Made by a program: the position numbers and the translations under genes
In this document: positions 44,901 to 56,359 of the stretch, piece by piece
Layout of the letters: each line of letters begins with the position of its first letter
How positions within the stretch are numbered: the stretch's first letter is position 1
Source of the DNA: the human T2T-CHM13v2.0 reference genome, Homo sapiens
NCBI RefSeq assembly: GCF_009914755.1
Contig: NC_060937.1
Direction: 5' to 3' (one strand)
Length of the DNA: 64,000 bases
Notes under the pieces: generated by a model
The model's database searches: none
What the model saw: the letters and a program-made list of their open reading frames with translations, nothing else
What the model was told of the DNA's origin: nothing

Positions 44901-45556
44901 TAACTTTCTTTAATTACATGAGAAAATATATAATTTGTACATAAGTGGATATAACATATTCCATTCAGGACTACCATTTATATAATGAAATTGCACCATC
45001 ATAAATTAACTGTATTTAGGACCTAATATGTATAATACTTGAATGCTGTATTTTTAACAAATCCTCTGTGCCATTTTATAAGTTCTCCAATTTTTGTTTA
45101 AAAGTTGAGACAACTGAAAATTACTCAGGTGGTCATTTGTTAGCATTTCCCTACAAATGGCTAGCACATAGTACGTGAATATAGCCTTACTTCCAAAGTG
45201 ACAAAATGATAAACTGAGAAAATCATCAGTGTATTTTATCTCTTTAATATATGTTAATATTTTGCTGAAAAATTACTTTTACATATTAAAATTCCATTTA
45301 GTAAGTAATTTTAAAAGTCTTATCAAATAATTGTAAGTCTTAGAACAGATAAAAATCACCTCAGGAAAATTTGAAGAAATATCAACTTTTTATGCTAATT
45401 TTTCATTTACATGTTAATATCAGTGTTCTTTTTGCTTTCTTTGTTAACCAAAGGTGCATTTATAAAAAATAAAATGCTCCTGCTGAGTCATAAACTTAGT
45501 TACTATCTCATGAGGATGTTTAGTTTCTTTTCAACTAACTGCTCATTTGTTTCTAT

Positions 45557-45845
45557 TTTTAATTTATTTTTAATAGACAAAAATTACATATATTTCTACA
45601 ACAGGCTGTTTTGAAATATATACATAGTGAAATGTCTAAATTGAGGTAATTAATAGTGTATTACCGCACATACTTACCATTTATTTGTGATGAAAACACT
45701 TAAAATCTACTCTTAGTAATTTTGAAAAGTACAATACATTGTCATTAACTATAGTCACTATATTTTACAATAGAACTTATTCTTCTCATCTAACTGAAAT
45801 TTTTTATCCATTGACTAACATCTCCTCATCACCCTCCCCCTGTTC
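45557..45845 (-). mobile_element. L1MA 3' end
   Basis: Antisense L1MA 3'UTR text (acacttaaaatctactct...tacaatacattgtcattaactatagtcac). Confidence 0.75.
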
Positions 45846-48037
45846 TCCCTCTTATTTGTTTCTTGACACATGCTAAGATGCCCTTAAAGTTCCATTTTAA
45901 GAAGAATGTATTTCAATAATTATTCTATCAATCAATTAAAAATAGCATTTCCTTTTTTGTCTATATCCATTCCTTGATATGACTTTATAAAACCACTTCA
46001 AAAACTCATGAGGGATATCAAAATAAAGACAAATGTCAGAGCATCTTCCTATAGGATAGCAGACATGTGGACAATAGAACCACATATTGGAGAGAGGTTT
46101 TAAGATGCTAACTAGAGACATCAGACACTCTTCCTCCCCAGAAAGAAGTAAAACTGTTAATAGATAATCACACACTGAATAGAATTGAACAGAATTTATC
46201 TAGGAAAGAACACTAGAGTTTAAGAGAGAAGTCACAGGAAACACCTGAGGCACAGAAGGAGAGGAAGCTAGCAGCTAGCTCAGCCAGGACCAGCTGGGAT
46301 CCTGGAACGGCTCCCTATTATGGGGAAAGGGTCAGTGTGAGCCGTTAGGGGTACACAGTCTTACCTTAGACTACTGCAATCCTAACCACAGGAGACCTCT
46401 TCCATCTATACAGCTCTGAGATTAGCATAGGCGGGGGCTCTACAGCGTGGTGATCTAGAGGCCTGCCAGGGCATTGCTGCAAGCGGGAAACTTGCACCAC
46501 ATCACATAGCAAGACATAAGCAGCTGTAGTAGGGCACTATGGCCAGAGTCCAGCTTCCACCAGACTGCATCCTCTTCTGAGAACCAACAATTCCACATCT
46601 TCACACCCTGTGAACCCCCAGTAGAATTCCCTGGCATCCACCTGGAGGGCTTCAGTGGCACAGTGGTGGCTGGACCCGATGGTGCTGTGGGGTCCCCAGC
46701 ACTCTAACCCACAGGGAGTACAACTCCTCAAGGAAATGATAGCGCAGTACATCAAGGAGGCTTCTCCTGAGACAAAGGGAACCAGTGCATGTGCTTGGCA
46801 GAACCCAAGAGCTCCCTGCCTGGTATAATGATACCAATGGTACCTGGTACCATTAGGGCAGGGAACCACCCTGCCCTAACTAGCAGCATGGCCTTTGTAA
46901 CCACATCCCTATTAGCAGTATGTTCTCAGTACTTGGGCTCATGTGAAAATGGATCCCTTCCCCTTTCTGCATATCACAATAGTGCTGCTGCCACTGGGAG
47001 CCAAAGTGAGTGAGCCTGACAGCTGCCTGTCTGAGGATGCAAATAGTAACCCCATTCCCACCAACAACACAGCCTCTGTGCTTGAGTTCACACCCAGAAA
47101 GGCAGGATCCATCTGACCCCTTTGAACATGATAGCAGTCACTGACTGCAGCCAGGAGACAAAGCAAACACTACCCAGAAACTGAGAAGTGCCTGTTTGGG
47201 GCTCTGAATAGCAACCCTGCCCCCTTCAAAAGCATGGCCTCTGTGCTCTAGTGCATGTCATGAGTGCAGGCTCTTCACACACACCACTGTGGACACTGCT
47301 ACTGCCAGAGTTGAAAGTGTACACCCCTCAGAACCTGAGAGCTCCCTGCAGGGGACCACTGATAGCAACCCCACCCATACTCAACAGCAGGATCACCACA
47401 CTCTAGCACCAGCCCAGAGGTCAGGCTCTCCACAACCAACACCACAGATTGCCTGCCCTGCCTACTACCTCCTGGAGCTCTGCACACCCTGATGCCCTGA
47501 GATCAGGCCCACCAGACCTGTCACCATTGCTTCCCCCACCCAAAGCATGAGCACCCCTCCCAGGGACCTGGGGATTACCCAACCCCTTCTACCACCTCTA
47601 GCATCTGTACCCTACTTCTGGAATCCTGAAGGTGAGCCCATATAGCCTGTCATCAATACCATCAACTACATCCATGCACATGCACAACCAAGGAACCTGG
47701 GGACCAGCTTGCTCAGCCCATCATACCAACAGCTAACATTAGTGAGTGCCACATGAGAGCCCCAAAATTATCCTGCCATCACTACTACCATAATCCAGGC
47801 CATATATTCGGCTTAAGGGCCTAAGGACTCACCCACCGATCTGGCTTACCACTCCCACTGCCAGCATACAGGAAGACTGCCTGGAGTCTCAAGAATTTGC
47901 CCACCTGCACTCACTAAAACTGTGCTTGCATATGCCACCTGGTGGCCCAAGGTCCGGAATGCTTGGCTTACCACTACCTGCCATGAGTGGGCCCTGAGGG
48001 CAGAACTACCTGGTATCTCCTGTTCCCAACACATTTT

Positions 48038-48488
48038 TTTCATGCGTGTCCCTGTGAAGAGACCACCAAACAGGCTTTGTGTGAGCAATAAAGCTTTTAA
48101 TCACCTGGGTGCAGGTGGGCCGAGTCCAAAAAGAGAGTCAGCAAAGGGAGATAGGGGTGGGGCCGTTTTATAGGATTTGGGTAGGTAAAGGAAAATTACA
48201 GTCAAAGGGGGGTTGTTCTCTGGCAGGCAGGAGTGGGGGTCCCAAGGTGCTCAGTGGGGGTGCTTTTTGAACCAGGATGAGCCAGGAAAAGGACTTTCAT
48301 AAGGTAATGTCATCACTTAAGGCAAGGACCAGCCATTTACACTTCTTTTGTGGTGGAATGTCATCAGTTAAGGTGGGGCAGGGCATTTTCACTTCTTTTG
48401 TGATTCTTCAGTTACTTTAGGCCACCTGGGCGTATACCTGCAAGTCACAGGGGACGCAATGGGTTGGCTCGGGCTCAGAGGCCTGACA
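48038..48488 (-). repeat. HERV-H 3' LTR (LTR7)
   Basis: TGTCAGGCC...CATGAAA; poly(A) signal ATTAAA at 48096-48101 (minus). Confidence 0.95.
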
Positions 48489-48501
48489 TTCCTGCCTTCT
48501 T
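48489..48501 (-). other. HERV-H polypurine tract
   Basis: AAGAAGGCAGGAA immediately before the 3' LTR. Confidence 0.9.
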
Positions 48502-50360
48502 ATATTAATAAGAAAAATAAAACAAAATAGTGTTGAAGTGTTGGGGCGGCGAAAATTTTTGGGGGGTGGTATGGAGAGAGAATGGGCGATGTTTCTCAGG
48601 GCTGCTTCAAGCGGGATTAGGGGCAGCCTGGGAACCTAGAGTGGGAGAGATTAAGCTGAAGGGAGGTCTTGTGGTAAGAGGTGATATTGTGGGGATGTTA
48701 GAAGAAACATTTGTCGTATAGAGTGATTGGTGATGGCCTAGATATGGTTTTGGATGAATTGAGAAACTAAATGGAATAACAGAAGGAGAAAAACAGGTAT
48801 AAAAGGTCTGAGAATTGGGACGACTCAGGATATCTGATTAGAGAGTGCCTAAGGAGATTCAGCATAATCCTGCCAGCAAAGATTATTTATTTACTTCAAG
48901 AGTTAAAAGTGACAGTTTGGGGATAGCACCAGGAGATATCAGCTGTGATGGCTTGGAAAAACAGTGTAAACCGGCAGTGTAAACAAGAGCAAGGCATGTA
49001 TGAGTAGTTGAGAACGGTGAATAGGAGGATGACTAGACAGAAAATAGTAGGGATGACAAGTTTTTTTTTTTTTTTTTGGTGGGGCACAGTCTAAGTTGGT
49101 CTGGTGTCTGGAATGAGACTGGGGCCTAATAAAAAGGAGCGTCTATACAGGAGCTTAAATGGGCTGTACCCTGTAGCATTCCGAGGACAGGCCTGAATTC
49201 TGAGAAGGGAAAGTGGTAAAAGTATTGTCCAGTCCTTTTTAAGTTGGTGGCTGAGCTTGGTGAGGTGTGTTTTTAAAAGACCTTTAGTCCATTCTACTTT
49301 TCTTGAAGACGGAGGACCATAAGGGATATAAAGATTTCACTGAATACTCAGAGCCTGAAAAACTGCTTGGCTGATTTGACTAATAAAGGCTGGTCTGTTA
49401 TCAGACTGTATTGAGGTGGGAAGGCTAAACTGAGGAATTATGTCTGACAGAATGGAAGAAATGACTGTGGTGGCCTTCTCAAACCCTGTAGGAAAGGCCT
49501 CTACCTATCCAGTGAAAGTATCTACCTAGACTAAGAGGTATTTTAGTTATGGGTCTCAGGGCATGTTGAGTAAAGCTAATTTGCCAGTCCTGGGTGGGGC
49601 AAATCCTTGAGCTTGATGTGTAGGGAAGGGAGGAGGCCTGAATAATCCCTGAGGAGTAGTAGAATAGCAGATGGAACACTGAGAAGTTATTTCCTTGAGG
49701 ATAGATTCCCATGATGGAAAGGAAATGAGAGGTTCTAAGAGGCAGGCTAGTGGCTTGTACTATAGCATAACCTGCCTTTGCTGGTGTGTGGCGATTAGGC
49801 CTGGTGGAACCGCCATCAATAAATCAAGCGTGATCAGGGTGAGCAACAGGAAAGAAGGAAATTTGGGGAAATGGGGTGAATGTCAGGTGGATCAGAGAGA
49901 TACAGTCATGGGGGTCAGGTGTGGTATCAGGAATAATGTGGGAGGCCGGATTGAAGTCTGGGCCAGGAACAACAGTAATTGTGGGAGACTCAACAAAGAG
50001 TGTAGCTGAAGGAGCCGGGAAGCAGAAAGTATATGCGTCAGGTATGAGGAAGAAAATAGATTTTGGAAGTTATGAGAACTGTAGAGAGTGAGTTGAGCAT
50101 AGTTTGTGATTTTGAGGGCCTCTAAAAGTATTAAAGCAGCGGCAGCCGCTGCACACAGACATGAGGGCTAGGCTAAAACAGTAAGGTCAAGTTGTTTGGA
50201 CAGAAAGGCTACAGGGTGTGGTCCTGGCTCTTGTGTAAGAATTCTGACTGTGCTAACCATGCCTAGGAAGGAAAGGAGTTGTTGTTTTGTAGAAGGTGTT
50301 GGGGTTTGAGAGATCAGTCGGACACGATTGGCAGGGAGAGCACGTGTGTTTTTATGAGAA

Positions 50361-50879
50361 TTATGCCGAGATAGGTAACAGATGAGGAAGAAATTTGGGC
50401 TTGATTGAAGTAATGGGGGCTGTCTGTGAAGCTTTGCGGCAGTACAGCCTAGGTAGTTTGCTGAGCTTGATGGTGTCAGGGTCAGTCCAAATGAAAGCAA
50501 AGAGAGGCTGGGACGAGGGGTGCAGGGGAATAGTGAAAAAAGCATCTTTAAGATCAAGCAGGGAATAGTGAGTTGTGGAGGAAGGTATTGAGGACAAAAG
50601 AGTGTATGGGTTGGGCACCACAGGGTCGATAGGCAAAACAATTTGATTGATAATGTGCAGGTCCTGAACTAACTTGTAAGGCTTGTCTGGTTTTAGGACA
50701 GGTAAAATGGGGGAATTGTAAGGAGAGTTTATAGGCTTTAAAAGACTATGCTGTAGCAGGCGAGTGATAACAGGCTTTAATCTTTTTAAAGTGTGCTGCG
50801 GGATGGGATATTGGCATTGAGTGGGGTAAGGGTGATTAGGTTTTAATGAGATGGTAAGGGGTGCATGATCGGTCCCCAA
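50361..50879 (-). pseudogene. pol: HERV-H pol, reverse transcriptase N-terminal remnant
   Basis: SPYNSPILPVLKPD...LVQDL...VVPNP...LLDLKDAFF; frameshift after WTDPDT; YxDD region absent. Confidence 0.9.
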
Positions 50880-51032
50880 GGAGGGAGTAGAGGTATCTTA
50901 TACTTGTGGGTTAAGGTGGGGGAATACAAGAGGAGGACGCAAAGGAGGCTTTGGATTGGGAAGAAGGGCGGCAATGAGATACAGCTGTAGTCCAGGAATA
51001 GTCAGGGAAGCAGATAATTTAGTTAAAGTGTC

Positions 51033-51257
51033 TCAGCCTAATAAGGGAACTGGGCAGGTAGGGATAACTACAAAGGAGTGCTTAAAAGAGTATTGTCTAA
51101 GTTGGCACCAGAGTTGGGGAGTTTTAAGAGGTTTAGAAGCCTGGCCGTCAATACCCACAACAGTTATGGAGGCAAGGGAAACAGGCCCTTGAAAAGAAGG
51201 TAATGTGGAGTGGGTACCCTCTGTATTGATTAAGAAGGGGACGGGCTTACCTTCCAC
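51033..51257 (-). pseudogene. pro: HERV-H protease remnant
   Basis: FLINTEGTHS (catalytic DTG replaced by NTE)...CPVPLLG. Confidence 0.85.
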
Positions 51258-51437
51258 TGTGAGAGTTACCTGAAGCTCGGCGTCAGTGACGGTCTAGGGG
51301 GCTTCCAAGGTGATGCGGCAGTGCCAGTCTTCAGCCGCTAAGCCGAGAAGATCTGCGAAGGAGTCAGTCAGAGAGGCTTGGGCCAGAGTTCCAGGGGCTC
51401 TGGGAGTGGCTGCCAGGTGAGTTGAACAGTCCGATTT

Positions 51438-51653
51438 TCAGTGGGGTCCCACACAGATGGGACGTGGCTTAGGAGGAATCCCGGGCTGCGGGCATTCCTT
51501 GGCCCAGTGGCCAGATTTCCAGCACGTATAGCAAGCTCCTGTGGGAGGAGGTTCTGGAGGAACGCGTGGCCGCTGCGGTTCAGGCGTTTGGAAGTTCTTG
51601 TGTGCTGGAGATGTGGCTGGGGTTTGTCTCACAGTGGAGGCAAGGAATTGCAA
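51438..51653 (-). pseudogene. gag: HERV-H gag nucleocapsid remnant
   Basis: CCHC zinc knuckle CYTCWKSGHWAKEC. Confidence 0.9.
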
Positions 51654-52644
51654 CTATTTTCTATTATTATACACCTTGAAGGTGAGGTTAATTAAATCCT
51701 GTTGTGGGGTTTGAGGGCCGGAATTTAATTTTTGGAGTTTTATTTAATGTCGGGAGCAGATTGGGTAATAAAATGTATTTTGAGAATAAGACGGCCTTTT
51801 GACCTTTTAGGGTCTAGGGCTGTAAAGCATCTCAGGGTTGCTGCCAAATGAGCCATGAACTGGGCTGGATTTTTATATTTGATGAAAAAGAACCTAAACC
51901 CTATCTGATTTGGGATAAAGAAAAAGGAGCATTAACCTTGACTATGCCTTTAGCTCCAGCCACTTTTTTAAGAGTAAATTGCTGGGCAGGAGGGGGAGGG
52001 CTAGTCACGGAACGAAACTGTAAGCCGGACCAGGTGTGAGGAGGGGAGGCGATAAAAAGATTATAGGGTGGAGGAGCGGAGGCTGAGGAAGAATTGGGAC
52101 CTAGCTCGGCCTGGCCAGGAGCAGCCTGGGGAGGAAGGGAGAGGTCAGATGGGTCTGCAGAAAAGGAAGATTAGAAAGACTCAGCAATGGTTGGGGTTGG
52201 TACTGAGGGGACAGGTGGGAGGGAAAGAAGGAAGATTTGGGACGAGTTGCACTGGGCACAGAGACTAGGAAGTGACTAATGTGTAAAAGAATGCCTGGAC
52301 GTCAGGCACCTCAGACCGTTTACCTATTTTATGACAAGAATTATTTAGATCTTGCAGGATGGAAAAATTCAAAGTGCCATTTTCTGGCTATTTGGAACTA
52401 CTGTCAAGTTTGTACTGGGGTCAAGCGGCATTGCAGAAGAAAATAAGGCATTTAGGTTTTAGGTCAGATGTGAGTTGAAGAGGTTTTAAGTTTTTGAGAA
52501 CACAGGCCAAGGGAGTAGAAGGAGGAATGGAGGGTGGAAAGTTGCCTATAGTGAAGGAAGCAAGCCTAGAGAAAAGAGAGAGTAGAGAAATGGAGGGAAG
52601 GGGTTTGGGGGTTCTTACCTTCCAGAAAAGTGGGAAAAGGGGTT

Positions 52645-52790
52645 GGGGCACAGAGATAAGAGGTTGAGGCATAGAAATAAGGGATGGGGCATGGAAATAA
52701 GGGGTCGGGGCATGGAAATAAGGGGTCGGGGCACGGAAATAAGGGGTCGGGGCATGGAAATAAGGGATTGGAGCACAGAGATATGAGGTT
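52645..52790 (+). repeat. ~21-bp minisatellite inside HERV-H
   Basis: About 7 units of ggggcatggaaataaggggtc; followed by ~60-bp imperfect repeats to ~53030. Confidence 0.85.
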
Positions 52791-53306
52791 GGGGTACTTG
52801 CCCCCTCCTCTAGAAAAGCGGGACTTGCCACTAAGAGTGAAGGAGAAGGGGTTGAGGGGTACTTGCCCCTCCCCCAGAAAAGCGGGACTTGCCACTAAGG
52901 GTGAAGGAGAAGGGGTTGAGGGGTACTTGCCCCTCCCCCAGAAAAGCAGAGAAGGGGTAGAGACAAGGAGAGAAGGGGTTGGGGTACTTGCCCCTTTCCC
53001 AGAAAAGCGGGACTTGTTGCTAAGGGTGAAGGACCACGGCAGGCATCCCTGCGTGGTCTGACACCTTTGAAATGTGGATGAATAATCAGAGAGGTGTCCT
53101 TGCAATGATTAAACACCAAGGGAAGTCTGCCTTCCCAGTCCGTGACTGGTGCTGGAGTTTTGGGTCCACAGATAAAACGTGTCTCCTTTGTCTCTCCCAG
53201 AAAATGAAGGGAATTGAAATTAAGAGAAGGGAGAGATTGAAGAGTGGAAAGGAGAAAATGGTTGAGGGACAGTGAGAGAGGTTGGAGAAGAGAGTAAGAA
53301 GAGGCC

Positions 53307-53315
53307 GCTTACCTG
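53307..53315 (-). promoter_or_regulatory. HERV-H major splice donor
   Basis: CAG|GTAAGC on the minus strand, ~150 nt past the 5' LTR. Confidence 0.8.
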
Positions 53316-53438
53316 ATTTAAAATTGGTGAGATGTTCCTTGGGCTGGTCAGTCTGAGGACCTGAGGTCGTAGGTGGATCTTTCTCATGGAGCAAACAACA
53401 GGAGGACAGGGGATTGATCTCCCAAGGGAGGTCCCCCG

Positions 53439-53456
53439 ATCTGAGTCATGGCACCA
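53439..53456 (-). other. tRNA-His primer binding site
   Basis: TGGTGCCATGACTCAGAT versus tRNA-His complement TGGTGCCGTGACTCGGAT (two CpG transitions). Confidence 0.92.
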
Positions 53457-53458
53457 AA

Positions 53459-53909
53459 TTTCATGCACGTCCATGTGAAGAGACCACCAAACAGGCTTTG
53501 TGTGAGCAATAAAGCTTTTAATCACCTGGGTGCAGGTGGGCTGAGTCCGAAAAGAGAGTCAGCAAAGGGAGATAGGGGTGGGGCCATTTTATAGGATTTG
53601 GGTAGGTAAAGGAAAATTACAGTCAAAGGGGGGTTGTTTTCTGGCAGGCAGGAGTGGGGGTCGCAAGGTGCTCAGTGGGGGTGCTTTTTGAGCCAGGATG
53701 AGCCAGGAAAAGGACTTTCACAAGGTAATGTCATCAGTTAAGGCAAGGACCAGCCATTTACACTTCTTTTGTGGTGGAATGTCATCAGTTAAGGTGGGGC
53801 AGGGCATATTCACTTCTTTTGTGATTCTTCAGTTACTTCAGGCCATCTGGGTGTATATGTGCAAGTCACAGGGGATGCGATGGCTTGGCTTGGGCTCAGA
53901 GGCCTGACA
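53459..53909 (-). promoter_or_regulatory. HERV-H 5' LTR7 promoter/enhancer
   Basis: TATAAA at 53588-53593 (minus); two ACAAAAGA motifs (53765-53772, 53815-53822); CCCCACCC KLF/SP-like box. Confidence 0.9.
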
Positions 53910-54139
53910 ATTTTCACCATAGCTTCCACTAAAAAATGTAGCCAACCACTGCGGAGATTACTGATACCACTATGCTGTTCACAGCCAAAAATCACAGACT
54001 ATACTGCTGCATGCATCCAGAATCAAAGCTAAAGCACCTTTCCCAGTCATTACCATAGACACATCTTCAGGAAGAAATTCTCCTCTACAAAAGTCAATTC
54101 AAGAAGTGACTGTTACGTCAGATGTGCAGATATTTTGCT

Positions 54140-54498
54140 TATCTTCATAACACGAGGTGGTTTTAGAACAAGGAGCAAGGCACTCACTGTACTTAGGGTT
54201 TCTTCCCTCCCACAGAAACAAAGATATAGGAATACTATTTTCTATGAAGATTGCATTTCAAAAGAATGGCTCCACGGTCCTTGATAAAGACATTCTTGGC
54301 TATAAAACTGGCAAGAGGCTTTCAGAAAGATTTACATATATCTCAAAGGGCACAGGAAAAATTTACAATTACAAGCTTTCTAAAGTAAAAACTGTAAGCA
54401 AAGAGAGGTTAGAAGCCTAGATGCATGAAAAAAAAAAAAAAAAAAAAACAAGGTAAAGTTTGTTCAAGCTGAGGGGAATGGTAAGGTTGCTTTGGCCA
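54140..54498 (-). mobile_element. MER67/MER31-group ERV1 LTR fragment
   Basis: aagatttacat...tttctaaagtaaa...caagctgaggggaa...ttggcca. Confidence 0.6.
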
Positions 54499-55067
54499 TT
54501 AAGCAAAAAGTCTAATGAGAATAACAAAAAGTTTCAGCAATAATTTTGTTTGAAGAAGGAGCGGGTAACATTTTAGTCAGTACATGTTTAAAACTTATAT
54601 TTATGAAATAAAGAATAGTTCATGCCAAAAAGATTTATACATAAAAAGCTCAAAATCAAAGTTGGTTGATACAATCTAATGTTGTTAAAATAGTCAAAGA
54701 CATCCTAGCATACCTTCAGTAAATCATATTATCTTTGTACTTCAACATAGTAGAGGGCACGGAGATGAAACCAGCTCTGTTTATTAGGTTTTCAAAAGCC
54801 ATTGATATGACACTATGGAAGAATCTATTACCTTCTTGTCTACAATAAAAATTATGATTGTGACTGAAGAACATTTTTGACACTACACATGTATTAAGAT
54901 GTGGTATGAAAATAAGAAGCACTTGTATAAGTACATTTGGATTCTTACAATAAGCCTTATTCTATCATTAATTTTTACAAGAATGGCTTAAACCTTGAGA
55001 TGTGGAAGATAATACTATTACACTGCTTATATTTATTTTATTTATATGATAACACTTCTGAGTTGAG

Positions 55068-55130
55068 AAAGGAAGGAGGGAGGGAGGAAGGAAGAAAGGA
55101 AGGAAGGAAGGGAGGGAGGGAGGGAAGGAA
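55068..55130 (+). repeat. (GGAA/GGAG)n microsatellite
   Basis: Purine-only tetranucleotide run. Confidence 0.9.
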
Positions 55131-55180
55131 AAAGCCTTGCAGAGTGTTTAAGATCTCTTGTATAAAAATATTCATTAGAA

Positions 55181-55472
55181 GGCCAGGTGTGGTGGTTCAT
55201 GCCTGTAATCCCAGCACTTTGGGAGGCTGAGGTGGGCAGATCACGAGGTCGGGAGTTTGAGACCAGCCTGGCCCATATGGTGAAACTATGTCTCTGCTAA
55301 ACATACAAAAATTAGCCAGGTGTGGTGGCACACACCTGTATTCCCAGCTACTCAGGAGGCAGAAGAATCACTTGAACCCAGGAGGCAGAGGTTGCAGTGA
55401 GCTGAGATCATGCTACTGCACTCCAGCCTGGCCGACAGAGTGAGATTCCATCTCAAAAAAAAAAAAAAAAAA
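55181..55472 (+). mobile_element. AluS (AluSg-like)
   Basis: gatcacgaggtc diagnostic, A tail, TSD tattcattaga (55169-55179, 55474-55484). Confidence 0.93.
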
Positions 55473-55739
55473 GTATTCATTAGAGAAAGACTTGTTCTAC
55501 AAAAGTTTTCATTCATTACATCAGGCTTTTTTTTGGCAGAATAATGATTTTGATAGCTACTAAATTAACAGTTATTTAAAAAATTATTATCCTATTTATA
55601 AAACCAAGACCATGTAGAGGGCTTCTTTTTTATTTTTATCTATAAATCAGCAGTCACTTGAGGTTAATTAAAATTGATTTATATGCAAAAAACCTCCAAT
55701 AAAGACAAGTGGGTTTTTTGTTTTGTTTTTTGTTTTGCT

Positions 55740-55990
55740 CTCAAGTATGAATGAGAACATGCATATTTGTCTTTCTGTGCCTGACCTATTTTGCTTAATA
55801 TAAGTCCTCCAGTCTGATCCATGTTTCTGTGAGTGAGAGGATTTTATTCTTTTTTATGTTTGAATTGTATTCCAGTGTGTATATATACCACCTTTTTAAA
55901 AGAAATGTTTCATCGTTTGATGGACATTTAGGTTGTTACCATATCTTAGGTATTATAAATAGTTCTACAATATATTGGGGGTGCAGGAAT
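55740..55990 (-). mobile_element. L1MA fragment
   Basis: tgagaacatgcatatttgtctttctgtgcctg...tgatggacatttaggttg. Confidence 0.75.
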
Positions 55991-56359
55991 TGTCAGAGGT
56001 GTTTGAACCAGAGCAACTCCATCATGAATAGGAGCTGGGTAAAATGAGGCTGAGACCTCCTGGGCTGCATTCCCAGGAGGTTAGGCATTCTAAGTCACAG
56101 GAACAGCATGGAGGTTGGCACAAGGTACACGTCATAAGGACCTTGCTGATAAAACAGGTTGCAATAAAGAAGCTGGCTAAAACCCCAAAACCAAGATGGC
56201 AATGAGAGTGACCCCTGGTTGTCCTCACTGCTCATTATATGCTAATTGTAATTTATTAGCATGCTAAAAGACACTCCCACCAGGGCCATGACAGTGTAAA
56301 AATGCCATGGCAATATAAGAAAGTTACCATATATGGTCTACGAAGGGGAGAAACCCTCA
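55991..56359 (+). mobile_element. MER41B LTR, 3'-truncated
   Basis: tgtcagaggtgtttgaaccagagcaactccatc start; B-type cattatatgctaatt...attagcatgc segment; stops at aaaccctca. Confidence 0.88.

Larger units (their letters stand above)
48038..53909 (-). mobile_element. HERV-H provirus, common deleted (~5.9 kb) form with two LTR7
   Basis: Two 451-bp LTRs, TSD ATTTT (48033-48037, 53910-53914), His PBS, PPT, gag/pro/pol remnants, env largely deleted. Confidence 0.97.
46089..54132 (+). mobile_element. Old L1 (L1M2/L1M3-type) 5' UTR, split by HERV-H (pieces 46089-48037 and 53910-54132)
   Basis: L1 5'-start-like aagatg motif, C-rich UTR; resumes after the provirus with gaagtgactgttacgtcagatgtgcagata. 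Confidence 0.6.

Noticed and set aside
46089-48037. GC-richer block as a CpG island or promoter
   Set aside because: CpG-depleted and better explained as an old L1 5' UTR.
52645-52790. CRISPR-like array
   Set aside because: Contiguous repeats without spacers, in primate DNA.
52421-53119. ORFs of 125-179 aa with repeated peptides
   Set aside because: Produced by frame-preserving tandem repeats in HERV-H; no domain evidence.
45557-55990. Two antisense L1MA pieces as one element split by ~10 kb
   Set aside because: The order is compatible, but there is no TSD or junction evidence; needs alignment.
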